Source: Candidatus Woesearchaeota archaeon
Lineage (GTDB): Archaea; Nanobdellota; Nanobdellia; Woesearchaeales; WJKV01
Length of the DNA: 56,853 nt
Direction: 5' to 3'
NCBI GenBank assembly: GCA_019323495.1
Contig: JAHWHE010000060.1
Span: forward strand, 1-56,853
Positions within the stretch are counted from its first letter, which is position 1. Each line of letters opens with the position of its first letter. The position numbers were made by a program, and so were the translations under genes. Shown here in pieces: positions 15,901 through 22,710 of this stretch. Under the pieces are notes generated by a model that saw only the letters and a program-made list of their open reading frames with translations, did no database searches and had not been told where the DNA came from.

Positions 15901-18439
15901 CACAGCAGTCACAATCAACATCACTAAACAGAACGATCCTCCTTTCATAGTAAATATCACAGCACCGCCAACAGGAAGTTTCTTCTATAATGGGACTCAG
16001 ATAAATTTCACAGGATTCGCAAACGACACTGATGATGGCCTGCTTTCTGGAAACAGCCTGGTCTGGCAGTCATCTCTCAACGGCAACTTCGGCAACGGAA
16101 CAAGCGTTAATATCTCAACACTTTCATCAGGAATCCACAACATCACATTGACAGCAATAGACAGCGGAAACCTGACAGCATCATACATGATAATCATTTC
16201 AATCAACCAGACACCGGTTTTCAGCACGATAATAAACAGTACAGTATTCGGCACATTCTATACATACATAGTTACCGCCAACATCAGCGGAATATACGGC
16301 AGCTACATATACTATAGTAATGTAAGCGTTAATGGCACAGAAATTAATTGGTCAAATGTATCTTATTCAAACATAATAAATTCATACTTCATCAACGGAA
16401 CTTCAACAAACAGCACGATTAACAACAGCATATTGACAAGATGCACTGTAAATAATGCACTTGTCAAAGGCTATACAGCATCTGACTGCTTAATCAATAA
16501 TAGTGTTGCAGATCCTCCTGTTCCAAGCAATTTCATAGAGAACAGCAGCATATCCGCCGGCTCGAGCGTCAATTATTCAGATGTTAGAGACAGCACAGTC
16601 ATCCAAAGCGTAATACTGTTAAGTGATTTCTTCTCGTCGTATGCTAACAACAGCGGCATAAACAACAGCCATGTGAACAACAGCATGATAATAAACAGCT
16701 GGATTATGGATGCAACTGTAGATAACACGATAATAGATAATAACAGCATAATCTGGATGGGAGAAGCATACAACAGCGTCGTAAATAACCAAAGTTATGT
16801 TTTATTCGACGGCTATATAGACAACACTACAATGGATGTTGCAGCAGTCGTAAACAGCACTGCTTACAATTCTCGACTTCAGAATTACACTATAATCGGT
16901 CCGGACAGTTATGTTGATGGCATATTTGCAGACAATACTAACATAACAGACAGCGACGCGTACGATTCTAATTTCACTTTAAGCTATGTCGACTTTGATA
17001 GTTATATAGATGAAAGCGACATAAGCAACAGTTGGATCCTAGACGCAGACATTTATAATTCAATAATCACAAACAGTATAGTATATAACCAAAGTGAAGT
17101 GGATCAAAGCTTTGTCAATGGAAGTTTGATAATGATGAGCAATGTCTGGGACAACTCTGTTGTAGACAATTCAACACTCTATCTGTGCAATATATCAAAT
17201 AATACAATAATTAATAGTTTCGTGATGAACACCACCATATCAGATGCAGTGATCCTTGACGCATTGATTTTAGAATACTACATAATCAGCGGAACAATCA
17301 CTATTGGCGGAATGACATACAACGCCACACAAAATGGTCCTGCAAATTTCACAGACTTTGTCAATATAGGGCCGACAGCAAGCATCCAGAGCATCACTGG
17401 ATTGACTGCAGGAAGTGCAACGACATTCGTCACAAACTCGCAGGATCCTAATGTGAATTCAGCGCTGAACGATAATCTTACTTACACCTGGCATTTCGGC
17501 ACAGGAACAAATGTAACAATAAATAGCACGACATACAATGGAATCGTATACAGCGCCGCTGGCACTTACAATGTGACTTTAGTAGTGACAGACGCTTTCG
17601 GTGCGCAATCCAGCACTATTCAGACAATTACAATATCACAAGCTCCAGCAGGAGGTGGAGGAGGCTCGACCACAGTAATCGACTACGGCGGAACCAGAAG
17701 AAGCGGTGGAGGCGGCGGAGGAGGCTCCAGTTCTTTGAGCGGCGCGAGGATATACGAGATCGACTTGTCGAAAGGTCCAGTATCGAGATTTGCAACAATC
17801 AACAACACATTCATATTTTATTACAAGACAGAAAAACACACGATTCTAGTCAAGGAAGTTGACAATACATATGTAAAGGTAGAAGTCCATAGCGAATCGT
17901 GGCCGACAGAAGCGGTTATGCAGAAAGATGAAACTGCATACTTCGAGTTGGACGGAGATTATATTTACGACCTTGCTATTACGCCGACAGAAATCAGGTA
18001 TAGAAACAGCAGGCTGAAAATGGAGCTAATAGAAAAACCTGTTCCTGCGAATCTGATTTCACAATTAGATAGGGCAAGATCGACAGAAAAAGATTCAGAA
18101 TTGGCTGAAGAGATTGTAAGAGAAACAGAGTTAAGGAAAAAGCAGCTTGCAGAACAGGCAGAGCAGGGGGAAACAGAAGCAGCTGAAAAAGAAGCTGCAG
18201 AAGCTGATGCAGAAAAAGAAGGAAAAGGTCTCAGCACATTATTTATCTTAGGAATAATATTTTTAGTAATTATCTTGCTTGGCGTATTTGTTTATATTTT
18301 CCCTAGCCAGTCTTTAGAAACAGCCGTAATAACAAAGAAGGCTACTAAAAAGATAGTGCTAAAGCCTGTTAAATACAGCCTAAGAATCTTGCTTAAAAAA
18401 GTGCTGATCGACCTTTGTAAATGGAACCCTTATGGATGA
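12965..18439 (+). CDS. giant surface protein/adhesin (1824 aa): signal peptide, nine ~95-aa Ig-like repeats with a Cys-rich insert, Asn/Ser/Ile-rich beta-helix-like region, PKD domain, Gly linker, coiled coil, C-terminal TM anchor
   Basis: TTG start 7 nt after GAGAGGGGTG. Signal peptide MKNKKLLAITFLLAIVIAVFLAINVLA. Repeat consensus: ITAPANNSxFxNGTQINFTGxGxDAEDGxLSGxSLVWTSSIDGNFGNGTSxNISxLSxGxHTITLTATDS. PKD-like LTYTWHFGTG...GTYNVTLVVTDAFG. TM segment LSTLFILGIIFLVIILLGVFVYIF. Confidence 0.85.
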   Translation: MKNKKLLAITFLLAIVIAVFLAINVLAAPAPPSISLTPIPPNPTNVLTLRAFATDSGDNAGLRWLTLYETANNANTILNTTYCSDAISCSMTYRIVQTTPGTRTFFAHISDRDGMTAQTSIIGVTFSGNNQAPAVSITNPSTNSRFYNGTQVNFTGIATDPEEGQLTGNHLVWSSSLDGFLGFGTNINSTNLSNGLHTITLIGTDSLNLSNNATITINITPNTAPVASITSPPDFSNFINGTQINFTGTGTDTEDGTLSGNSLIWTSDIDGNFGNGTSVSTTQLSVANHTITLTARDSLGVTGTATITISVNPAAAPLPPNTPPNATITAPANQSSFLNGTQINFTGTGIDAEDGALSGASLAWTSSIDGNFGTGDSINITNLSIGNHTITLTATDSQTATGTDSILVEVYALYIPPPPANNTLPNVTINSPANYSSAQNGTSINFIGSAIDAEDGILLNNSLVWTSNYDGNFANGTSFLYSGLSIGYHTITLTATDSNNGSSSASIILNITAPPPAPPAPTCTDNVWNGDESDTDCGGSCPGCSAFPISYSCWNSSDCAFSTCDTSGALRPFPINNNTGQPYTIPEIRLLAGQTWIIPYQGRCTIIFPPLNNPPTAFIIAPSNHSSHYNGTSITFGGTGQDVEDGTLSGASLVWTSSIDGNFGTGTIFSYSNLSIGTHTITLTATDSMTFTGSQSIIINITLPPNILPNATISSPLNNSSFINQTQINFTGLGIDAEDGNITQTNSLVWTSSLDGNFGNGTSVNISSLSVGTHTINLTVTDSRNGTGSDLITITVLPSPNTPPIANITAPANNSTFVNQTQVNFTGYGTDAQDGMITQANQLVWTSNLDGNLGNGTSVNISTLSVGLHNITLTAIDSGNMSNATMILINISRTPNAGPLANITAPANNSAFMNQTQINFTGHGIDAEDGMITQANQLVWTSSIDGNFGNGTSINITSLTVGLHNITLNVTDSEGMSATTAVTINITKQNDPPFIVNITAPPTGSFFYNGTQINFTGFANDTDDGLLSGNSLVWQSSLNGNFGNGTSVNISTLSSGIHNITLTAIDSGNLTASYMIIISINQTPVFSTIINSTVFGTFYTYIVTANISGIYGSYIYYSNVSVNGTEINWSNVSYSNIINSYFINGTSTNSTINNSILTRCTVNNALVKGYTASDCLINNSVADPPVPSNFIENSSISAGSSVNYSDVRDSTVIQSVILLSDFFSSYANNSGINNSHVNNSMIINSWIMDATVDNTIIDNNSIIWMGEAYNSVVNNQSYVLFDGYIDNTTMDVAAVVNSTAYNSRLQNYTIIGPDSYVDGIFADNTNITDSDAYDSNFTLSYVDFDSYIDESDISNSWILDADIYNSIITNSIVYNQSEVDQSFVNGSLIMMSNVWDNSVVDNSTLYLCNISNNTIINSFVMNTTISDAVILDALILEYYIISGTITIGGMTYNATQNGPANFTDFVNIGPTASIQSITGLTAGSATTFVTNSQDPNVNSALNDNLTYTWHFGTGTNVTINSTTYNGIVYSAAGTYNVTLVVTDAFGAQSSTIQTITISQAPAGGGGGSTTVIDYGGTRRSGGGGGGGSSSLSGARIYEIDLSKGPVSRFATINNTFIFYYKTEKHTILVKEVDNTYVKVEVHSESWPTEAVMQKDETAYFELDGDYIYDLAITPTEIRYRNSRLKMELIEKPVPANLISQLDRARSTEKDSELAEEIVRETELRKKQLAEQAEQGETEAAEKEAAEADAEKEGKGLSTLFILGIIFLVIILLGVFVYIFPSQSLETAVITKKATKKIVLKPVKYSLRILLKKVLIDLCKWNPYG
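13349..16213 (+). repeat. nine in-frame ~285-nt (95-aa) domain repeats of the giant surface protein, interrupted by a Cys-rich insert at 14528-14794
   Basis: Repeat starts fall near aa 129, 222, 321, 421, 612, 706, 801, 896 and 990. Repeats 7 and 8 begin exactly 285 nt apart (15365 and 15650) and are roughly 80% identical at the DNA level by eye. Confidence 0.85.
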
Positions 18440-18562
18440 GGATAGACCGCAACCTTTATAAAGGCCGTCAAGTTTTCCCTCTATAGACGATAACTCTGAG
18501 GCGTCAAGAACGCTTCATCGTAGCGCGCAAGCGCAAAATAAAAAACAAAAGGTTAAGAAAGA

Positions 18563-19090
18563 ATGGTAACAGTATTCGATGCAGACCCGCAAGTTTTAAT
18601 CCAAAGAACTGCAAAGGAATTAAAGAATAATAATAAGATGCAGGCTCCAGACTGGTCTAAGTTTGTGAAGACAGGCAGTCATAAAGAGAAGCCGCCTACT
18701 GATCCAGACTGGTGGTATGTAAGGGCAGCAGCAGTTCTAAGGGCGATCTACATAAAAGGCCCTATCGGCGTTTCTAAATTAAGAACAAAATTCGGCGGAA
18801 AAGTATACAGAGGAAAAAATCTTAAGCCTCGGCACGTCAGAAAATGTTCTGGTTCGATCATAAGGAAGATATTGCAGCAGCTAGAAGCAGCAGGCTTCCT
18901 CGCAAAAGAAGAAAAAGCAATCAAAAAAGGAAGAAAGATCAGCGGAACTGGAAGGAAATTCTTAGACAAGATTGCAAAAGAGCTTGCGCCTGTTAAAGAA
19001 AAGATAGTTCCAGAACCAACAGGAACTGCGCCTGAAGAAGAAGTTGAAGAGCAGGCAGAAGAATTGATTGAAGAAGCAAAGGAGCAATAA
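18563..19090 (+). CDS. rps19e: 30S ribosomal protein S19e (eS19) with acidic C-terminal extension
   Basis: APDWSKFVKTGSHKEKPPTDPDWWYVRAAAVLRAIYIKGPIGVSKLRTKFGG... is the eS19 signature region. Confidence 0.9.
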   Translation: MVTVFDADPQVLIQRTAKELKNNNKMQAPDWSKFVKTGSHKEKPPTDPDWWYVRAAAVLRAIYIKGPIGVSKLRTKFGGKVYRGKNLKPRHVRKCSGSIIRKILQQLEAAGFLAKEEKAIKKGRKISGTGRKFLDKIAKELAPVKEKIVPEPTGTAPEEEVEEQAEELIEEAKEQ

Positions 19091-19101
19091 GGAATAATAA
19101 A

Positions 19102-19272
19102 ATGGCACGTTACAAACACCCATCAAGGAAAAAGCGATTGATAAAAAGGCATGGTCATACTAAATGGGCCCCATTTTGGGCAGTTCTAAAGAAATTTCCA
19201 AAGAGAAGAGTTCATCCAGCAAGAATCACAGCCGTAAAGCGAAGCTGGAGAAGAATTAAGATGAAGGCATAA
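19102..19272 (+). CDS. rpl39e: 50S ribosomal protein L39e (eL39), 56 aa; absent from the ORF track (under 60 aa)
   Basis: My translation: MARYKHPSRKKRLIKRHGHTKWAPFWAVLKKFPKRRVHPARITAVKRSWRRIKMKA*. It sits in the conserved position between S19e and L31e. Confidence 0.85.
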   Translation: MARYKHPSRKKRLIKRHGHTKWAPFWAVLKKFPKRRVHPARITAVKRSWRRIKMKA

Positions 19273-19274
19273 AA

Positions 19275-19787
19275 ATGGCCAAGAAAGCTGAAAAAACAAA
19301 AGCGCTTGAACGCACATATAATATTCCTCTTAGAAAAGAGTTTCAGAAGGTTCCTAGCTATAAGAAAACCAAACGCGCAGTTAAGACTGTCAGGGAATTC
19401 TTACTAAAGCACATGAAAGCAGACGAAGTGAAGCTAGGCCCTGAACTGAACAAGCGTTTGTGGGCAAACAGCATCAAGAACCCGCCGCATCACATCAAGG
19501 TCACTGCAGTAAAAGAAGAGGTTGATAACAAGCAGATAGTAAGGGCAGAACTGGAAGGAATCAAGTTCAAGACAATCAAGGCAAAAGCAAAAGTTGAAAA
19601 AGAAGCTGGAATCGCAGGAAAACTTAAATCAATGGTCCAGAAAAAAGAAGAATCTGGTGAAAAACTAGAAGAATTGGCAGGCATTGCAGAAGAAAAAGAA
19701 AAGACAGAAGAGAAAAAGGAAGTCAAACCTGCAGAAGAGAAGACAGAAACCAAGGAAAAGAAAACGACAGAGCAAAAGAAAGAGTAA
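19275..19787 (+). CDS. rpl31e: 50S ribosomal protein L31e (eL31) with ~80-aa K/E-rich C-terminal extension
   Basis: ERTYNIPLRKEFQKVPSYKKTKRAVKTVREFLLKHMKADEVKLGPELNKRLWANSIKNPPHHIKV is the eL31 core. The remainder is a lysine/glutamate-rich tail. Confidence 0.9.
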   Translation: MAKKAEKTKALERTYNIPLRKEFQKVPSYKKTKRAVKTVREFLLKHMKADEVKLGPELNKRLWANSIKNPPHHIKVTAVKEEVDNKQIVRAELEGIKFKTIKAKAKVEKEAGIAGKLKSMVQKKEESGEKLEELAGIAEEKEKTEEKKEVKPAEEKTETKEKKTTEQKKE

Positions 19788-19828
19788 AAATAAATATTAA
19801 TTCTTTGATCTATTTCTTTAATATAATA

Positions 19829-21397
19829 TTACCACGCAATCATCCTGTGCGCTTTCTTGTACAAATTATACAATAAGAATGAACTGCTTGTAGCGCTGTT
19901 GCAGGCAGCTGCAAGATTCTTCTCTATTTCGTACCTTTTCGGAAGCTTCTCAGGCTTTCTTTTAAGAGAAGGCAGTTTCACAAAAATCTCTATCAAATCC
20001 TTGAATCCAATAAAAACATAAGCGAAAGGCTCTATCGGCTGGTACCATGGCTGCTTTTCAGGGACGCTGACTTTCGCCTCTTTCTCTGCTTTCAATTCTT
20101 TCTTTGCTTCTTCATAAGACAAGTTGCCTTCTGCTTCCTTGAGGAAAACCTTCATGTCTTCGCCTATCGCGTCCATTGCTTCTTTCACGCTCTCGCTCAA
20201 ATCACCCAAAAGACCCATGTCCTCCTGATCTTTAACTACTTTGTAGGCTAGCAGTTGGTCGCTGGTCATCGCTCTTGCATTAAACGTAATTTCAACTCTT
20301 CCTGAAAATTTGGTAGTGGGTGCCTGATATTTCTGGCTGAACTCTGTCTCAGGCGTCGCCCTGAAACCGAAAACAAGATTTATAACAGGATGATAAGGTC
20401 CAGAGGCCTTGCCCACGGCCAGCAACTCTATCTCCATCAATGTTTGCTCGATCGCAACTATCAAGTCTGCACTGTCCTGGAAAGACATGTTGAGCTTGAG
20501 CCTCTGTGCAGTCTTCATATAAGGCTTTACCCACTGCATGTACATCTTGATAGTGTTGTAATGCTGTTTAAGATAGCTTAGCATGAATCTTTTTCTTGTT
20601 TCCAAGCCTGCCTTATAGTTCTTTCTCCATATAGCATAAGCTTTCAATTTCTTGGCAAGCGCTTCCTTTACTTTTCGATTGACGCCGCCCATGCTGCCAA
20701 CGAATTTTTCAACTTCCTTCTGTTCGAATAAATGCGTGTGCAGGAACAAGTCAGGCAATGTGATGAAACCTACTTGGCTGCCAAGCCCATAAACACTGCT
20801 CGGATTCTTTGCACCGCCTTCTACAAGAGTGATCCACATGTCTTTTATTGCGATCTCTGCTGCGTTCATTGCACCTCTAGGTTTTTCCTGGCCGAACTTC
20901 TCGCCTTCATATACTAATTCAAGCCTGTCATGGATGATCTTTAATTCCCTTACTATCTTGAACAACTCAGGCTTTATCAGCCTGTTTATGCTTATCAAGT
21001 TATTGCTTATCCTGTCCTGTATTGCCTGAAGGCTCTGTATCATGTTTCTATGGAATGCGCTTGCTTCTGAAGCACTATAAGTGTCAGTTACTTTCCTGAT
21101 GTCCTTTATTCCCATGTCATCCTTTAGAAAACCTATTATCCAGAAATAGACAGGTTCCAGTTGCTGCTGGTATTTTTCATCTACAAGCTTGAATGTCTTG
21201 ACAGGGTCGCCGATGAATTTCTGAAGAAACTTCGCATCTATGCTTTTCATAAACTTTTCTTTTTCATCATCCCCCTTCAATAATCTTAATTGAGAATTGA
21301 TTAAATCAACGATTGCTCTGTCTTTATTTTTTATTTTCTTGTTATCCTTTATCTCTTTTACTTTTTCTGCAAACGTTTTCTCTTTTACATCTACCAA
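19829..21397 (-). CDS. hypothetical protein (522 aa, soluble, helical; no motif recognised)
   Basis: Long ORF with normal composition. TTG start preceded by GGTGGT. No Walker, Zn or TM motifs seen. Confidence 0.7.
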   Translation of the reverse strand: MVDVKEKTFAEKVKEIKDNKKIKNKDRAIVDLINSQLRLLKGDDEKEKFMKSIDAKFLQKFIGDPVKTFKLVDEKYQQQLEPVYFWIIGFLKDDMGIKDIRKVTDTYSASEASAFHRNMIQSLQAIQDRISNNLISINRLIKPELFKIVRELKIIHDRLELVYEGEKFGQEKPRGAMNAAEIAIKDMWITLVEGGAKNPSSVYGLGSQVGFITLPDLFLHTHLFEQKEVEKFVGSMGGVNRKVKEALAKKLKAYAIWRKNYKAGLETRKRFMLSYLKQHYNTIKMYMQWVKPYMKTAQRLKLNMSFQDSADLIVAIEQTLMEIELLAVGKASGPYHPVINLVFGFRATPETEFSQKYQAPTTKFSGRVEITFNARAMTSDQLLAYKVVKDQEDMGLLGDLSESVKEAMDAIGEDMKVFLKEAEGNLSYEEAKKELKAEKEAKVSVPEKQPWYQPIEPFAYVFIGFKDLIEIFVKLPSLKRKPEKLPKRYEIEKNLAAACNSATSSSFLLYNLYKKAHRMIAW

Positions 21398-21453
21398 TCT
21401 ACCACCGCCATTTTTAATATATTTTAGCGTATATAAATCTTTCTTATTTAAAT

Positions 21454-21547
21454 GTGCATAGTACCAAGCGTAGCCATCGACAAAAACGCAATATTGCTAG
21501 ACTCGTATTATAGTTCGAATAGATATTTGGCGTAGCGCGCTATGCAC
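21454..21547 (+). repeat. copy A (diverged) of the inverted-repeat-bounded intergenic element
   Basis: GTGCATAGTACCAAGCGTAGCC...TTGGCGTAGCGCGCTATGCAC. Termini GTGCATAG/CTATGCAC are inverted repeats. It is collinear with copies B and C. Confidence 0.7.
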
Positions 21548-21551
21548 TTTC

Positions 21552-22340
21552 TTATCCCCCTATCAGTTTTCCAGTGCCAGGAGGCAGTGCTCGCACAATC
21601 TCATCCAGATCGCCGCCGAACATCCTTTTTATCTTTTTGGCAATATCGCTCGTCTTGCTGTTTCCCTGCACAACTAATGCGAATTTAGTGCAATTCGCCT
21701 TTATCGCATCAGGAGGCCCTGCCATTATTGCGCCGTCGCTTGTGACACCAATCGCAATCTCAATCGTAGGGCTGAAGTATTCCCTTTTCCCGTACACCAT
21801 AAACGATCCCTTAGGAAGGCCGAGCTCGTGCTTTAATTGTTCAGGCTCTACACAAAACACTTCTGTTATATTTATGCCCATCCTCCACGCCCTGCTGAAC
21901 GCAGCAGTGGCCTGTGCAACTTCCTGCTTTGTCTTGTCATCTATCTTTTTTCCTTCTGCTTTTATCACAAAAAACGGAGAGCCCGGGATGTCTGTATGGA
22001 ACACAAGATCCCCTTTTTCACAATACTTCTTGACGATGATGTCGTTTGTCGTAGCATCCCTTCCGCCGACGCATAGAAATCCATTAGAACTGACAAACCA
22101 CCTGAACTTTTCATACCATTGCTTCTTTCTTTCCCTTAATTTCTGCTTTTCCTTTTCTTCTTTCTCTATCTTCACAAGTTCTTTTTCTTTCTCTTTTTGA
22201 ACAGCAGCCAGTTTGTTTCTTGCATCCTCTAAAGCTCTTTGGGCGCCTTCTATCTTTTTCTTTGCTTTTTTCGCCTTCTCATAGTAAACAGCCGCATTCT
22301 GTTCAACTGTCTTTCTTAAATCAAGCTTAACCCGCACCAT
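21552..22340 (-). CDS. NFACT-R (DUF814) domain protein; corresponds to only the C-terminal half of RqcH/NEMF-type ribosome quality-control factors
   Basis: Coiled coil (EQNAAVYYEKAKKAKKKIEGAQRALE) followed by WFVSSNGFLCVGGRDATTNDIIVKKYCEKGDLVFHTDIPGSPFFVIK, the NFACT-R signature. No NFACT-N or HhH part is present. Confidence 0.8.
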   Translation of the reverse strand: MVRVKLDLRKTVEQNAAVYYEKAKKAKKKIEGAQRALEDARNKLAAVQKEKEKELVKIEKEEKEKQKLRERKKQWYEKFRWFVSSNGFLCVGGRDATTNDIIVKKYCEKGDLVFHTDIPGSPFFVIKAEGKKIDDKTKQEVAQATAAFSRAWRMGINITEVFCVEPEQLKHELGLPKGSFMVYGKREYFSPTIEIAIGVTSDGAIMAGPPDAIKANCTKFALVVQGNSKTSDIAKKIKRMFGGDLDEIVRALPPGTGKLIGG

Positions 22341-22386
22341 GCTGCTATCAATATAAATATCGTATATAAGCCTTTCTCAATATGCA

Positions 22387-22401
22387 GAGTGCGCTATGCA
22401 C
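22387..22401 (+). repeat. solo right-end fragment of the intergenic element (GAGTGCGCTATGCAC)
   Basis: GCGCTATGCAC is identical to the right terminus of copy A (21537-21547). Confidence 0.45.
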
Positions 22402-22468
22402 ATAAAAGTCACCACAACATTTATAAACTTTAATAATTTATTCTTCCCTATAAAAACAGGTGGCCCTT

Positions 22469-22702
22469 ATGAGAAGATTTGGAAAAAAAGGCATTTCTCC
22501 CTTGGTTGCGACTGTTCTTTTAATTACTTTTGCAATCGTGCTAGGCGCCATAGTCCTGAATTACGGCCAGTCATTTGTAAAAGAAGCTACGGCTGCTCCT
22601 TTGGAAGTTGGTGAATGCCCTGCAGGCTGCATCGCAGAAAGCGCATTGATCTATCCTCAAGAAACAAGTTCACCTGTTGCCGCAGATCAAACAAAATCTT
22701 GA
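22469..22702 (+). CDS. archaeal type IV pilin-like protein (class III signal peptide, DUF1628-like)
   Basis: MRRFGKKGISPLVATVLLITFAIVLGAIVL is the classic K-G-(I/V)-S-P-(L/V)-(I/V)-A-T-V-L-L-I prepilin N-terminus. ATG is at 22469 (the ORF track starts at GTG 22460). Confidence 0.7.
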   Translation: MRRFGKKGISPLVATVLLITFAIVLGAIVLNYGQSFVKEATAAPLEVGECPAGCIAESALIYPQETSSPVAADQTKS

Positions 22703-22710
22703 AACTAAAA

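Noticed and set aside
13349-16213. A strongly periodic repeat region, considered as a CRISPR array, a satellite, or a DGR variable/template repeat pair
   Set aside because: The 285-nt period is in frame and encodes complete Ig-like domains. There are no short direct repeats with unique spacers. Differences between copies are not restricted to adenine positions, and there is no reverse transcriptase in the window.
18510-18530. CGTAGCGCGC, similar to the right subterminal part of element copy A
   Set aside because: It is only a 10-nt match without the terminal CTATGC or any collinear core.
22615-22710. Upstream extension of the Cys-rich protein ORF, overlapping the pilin gene
   Set aside because: The extension is Arg/Cys-rich junk in an alternative frame of the pilin CDS. 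A proper signal peptide begins at the ATG at 22711.
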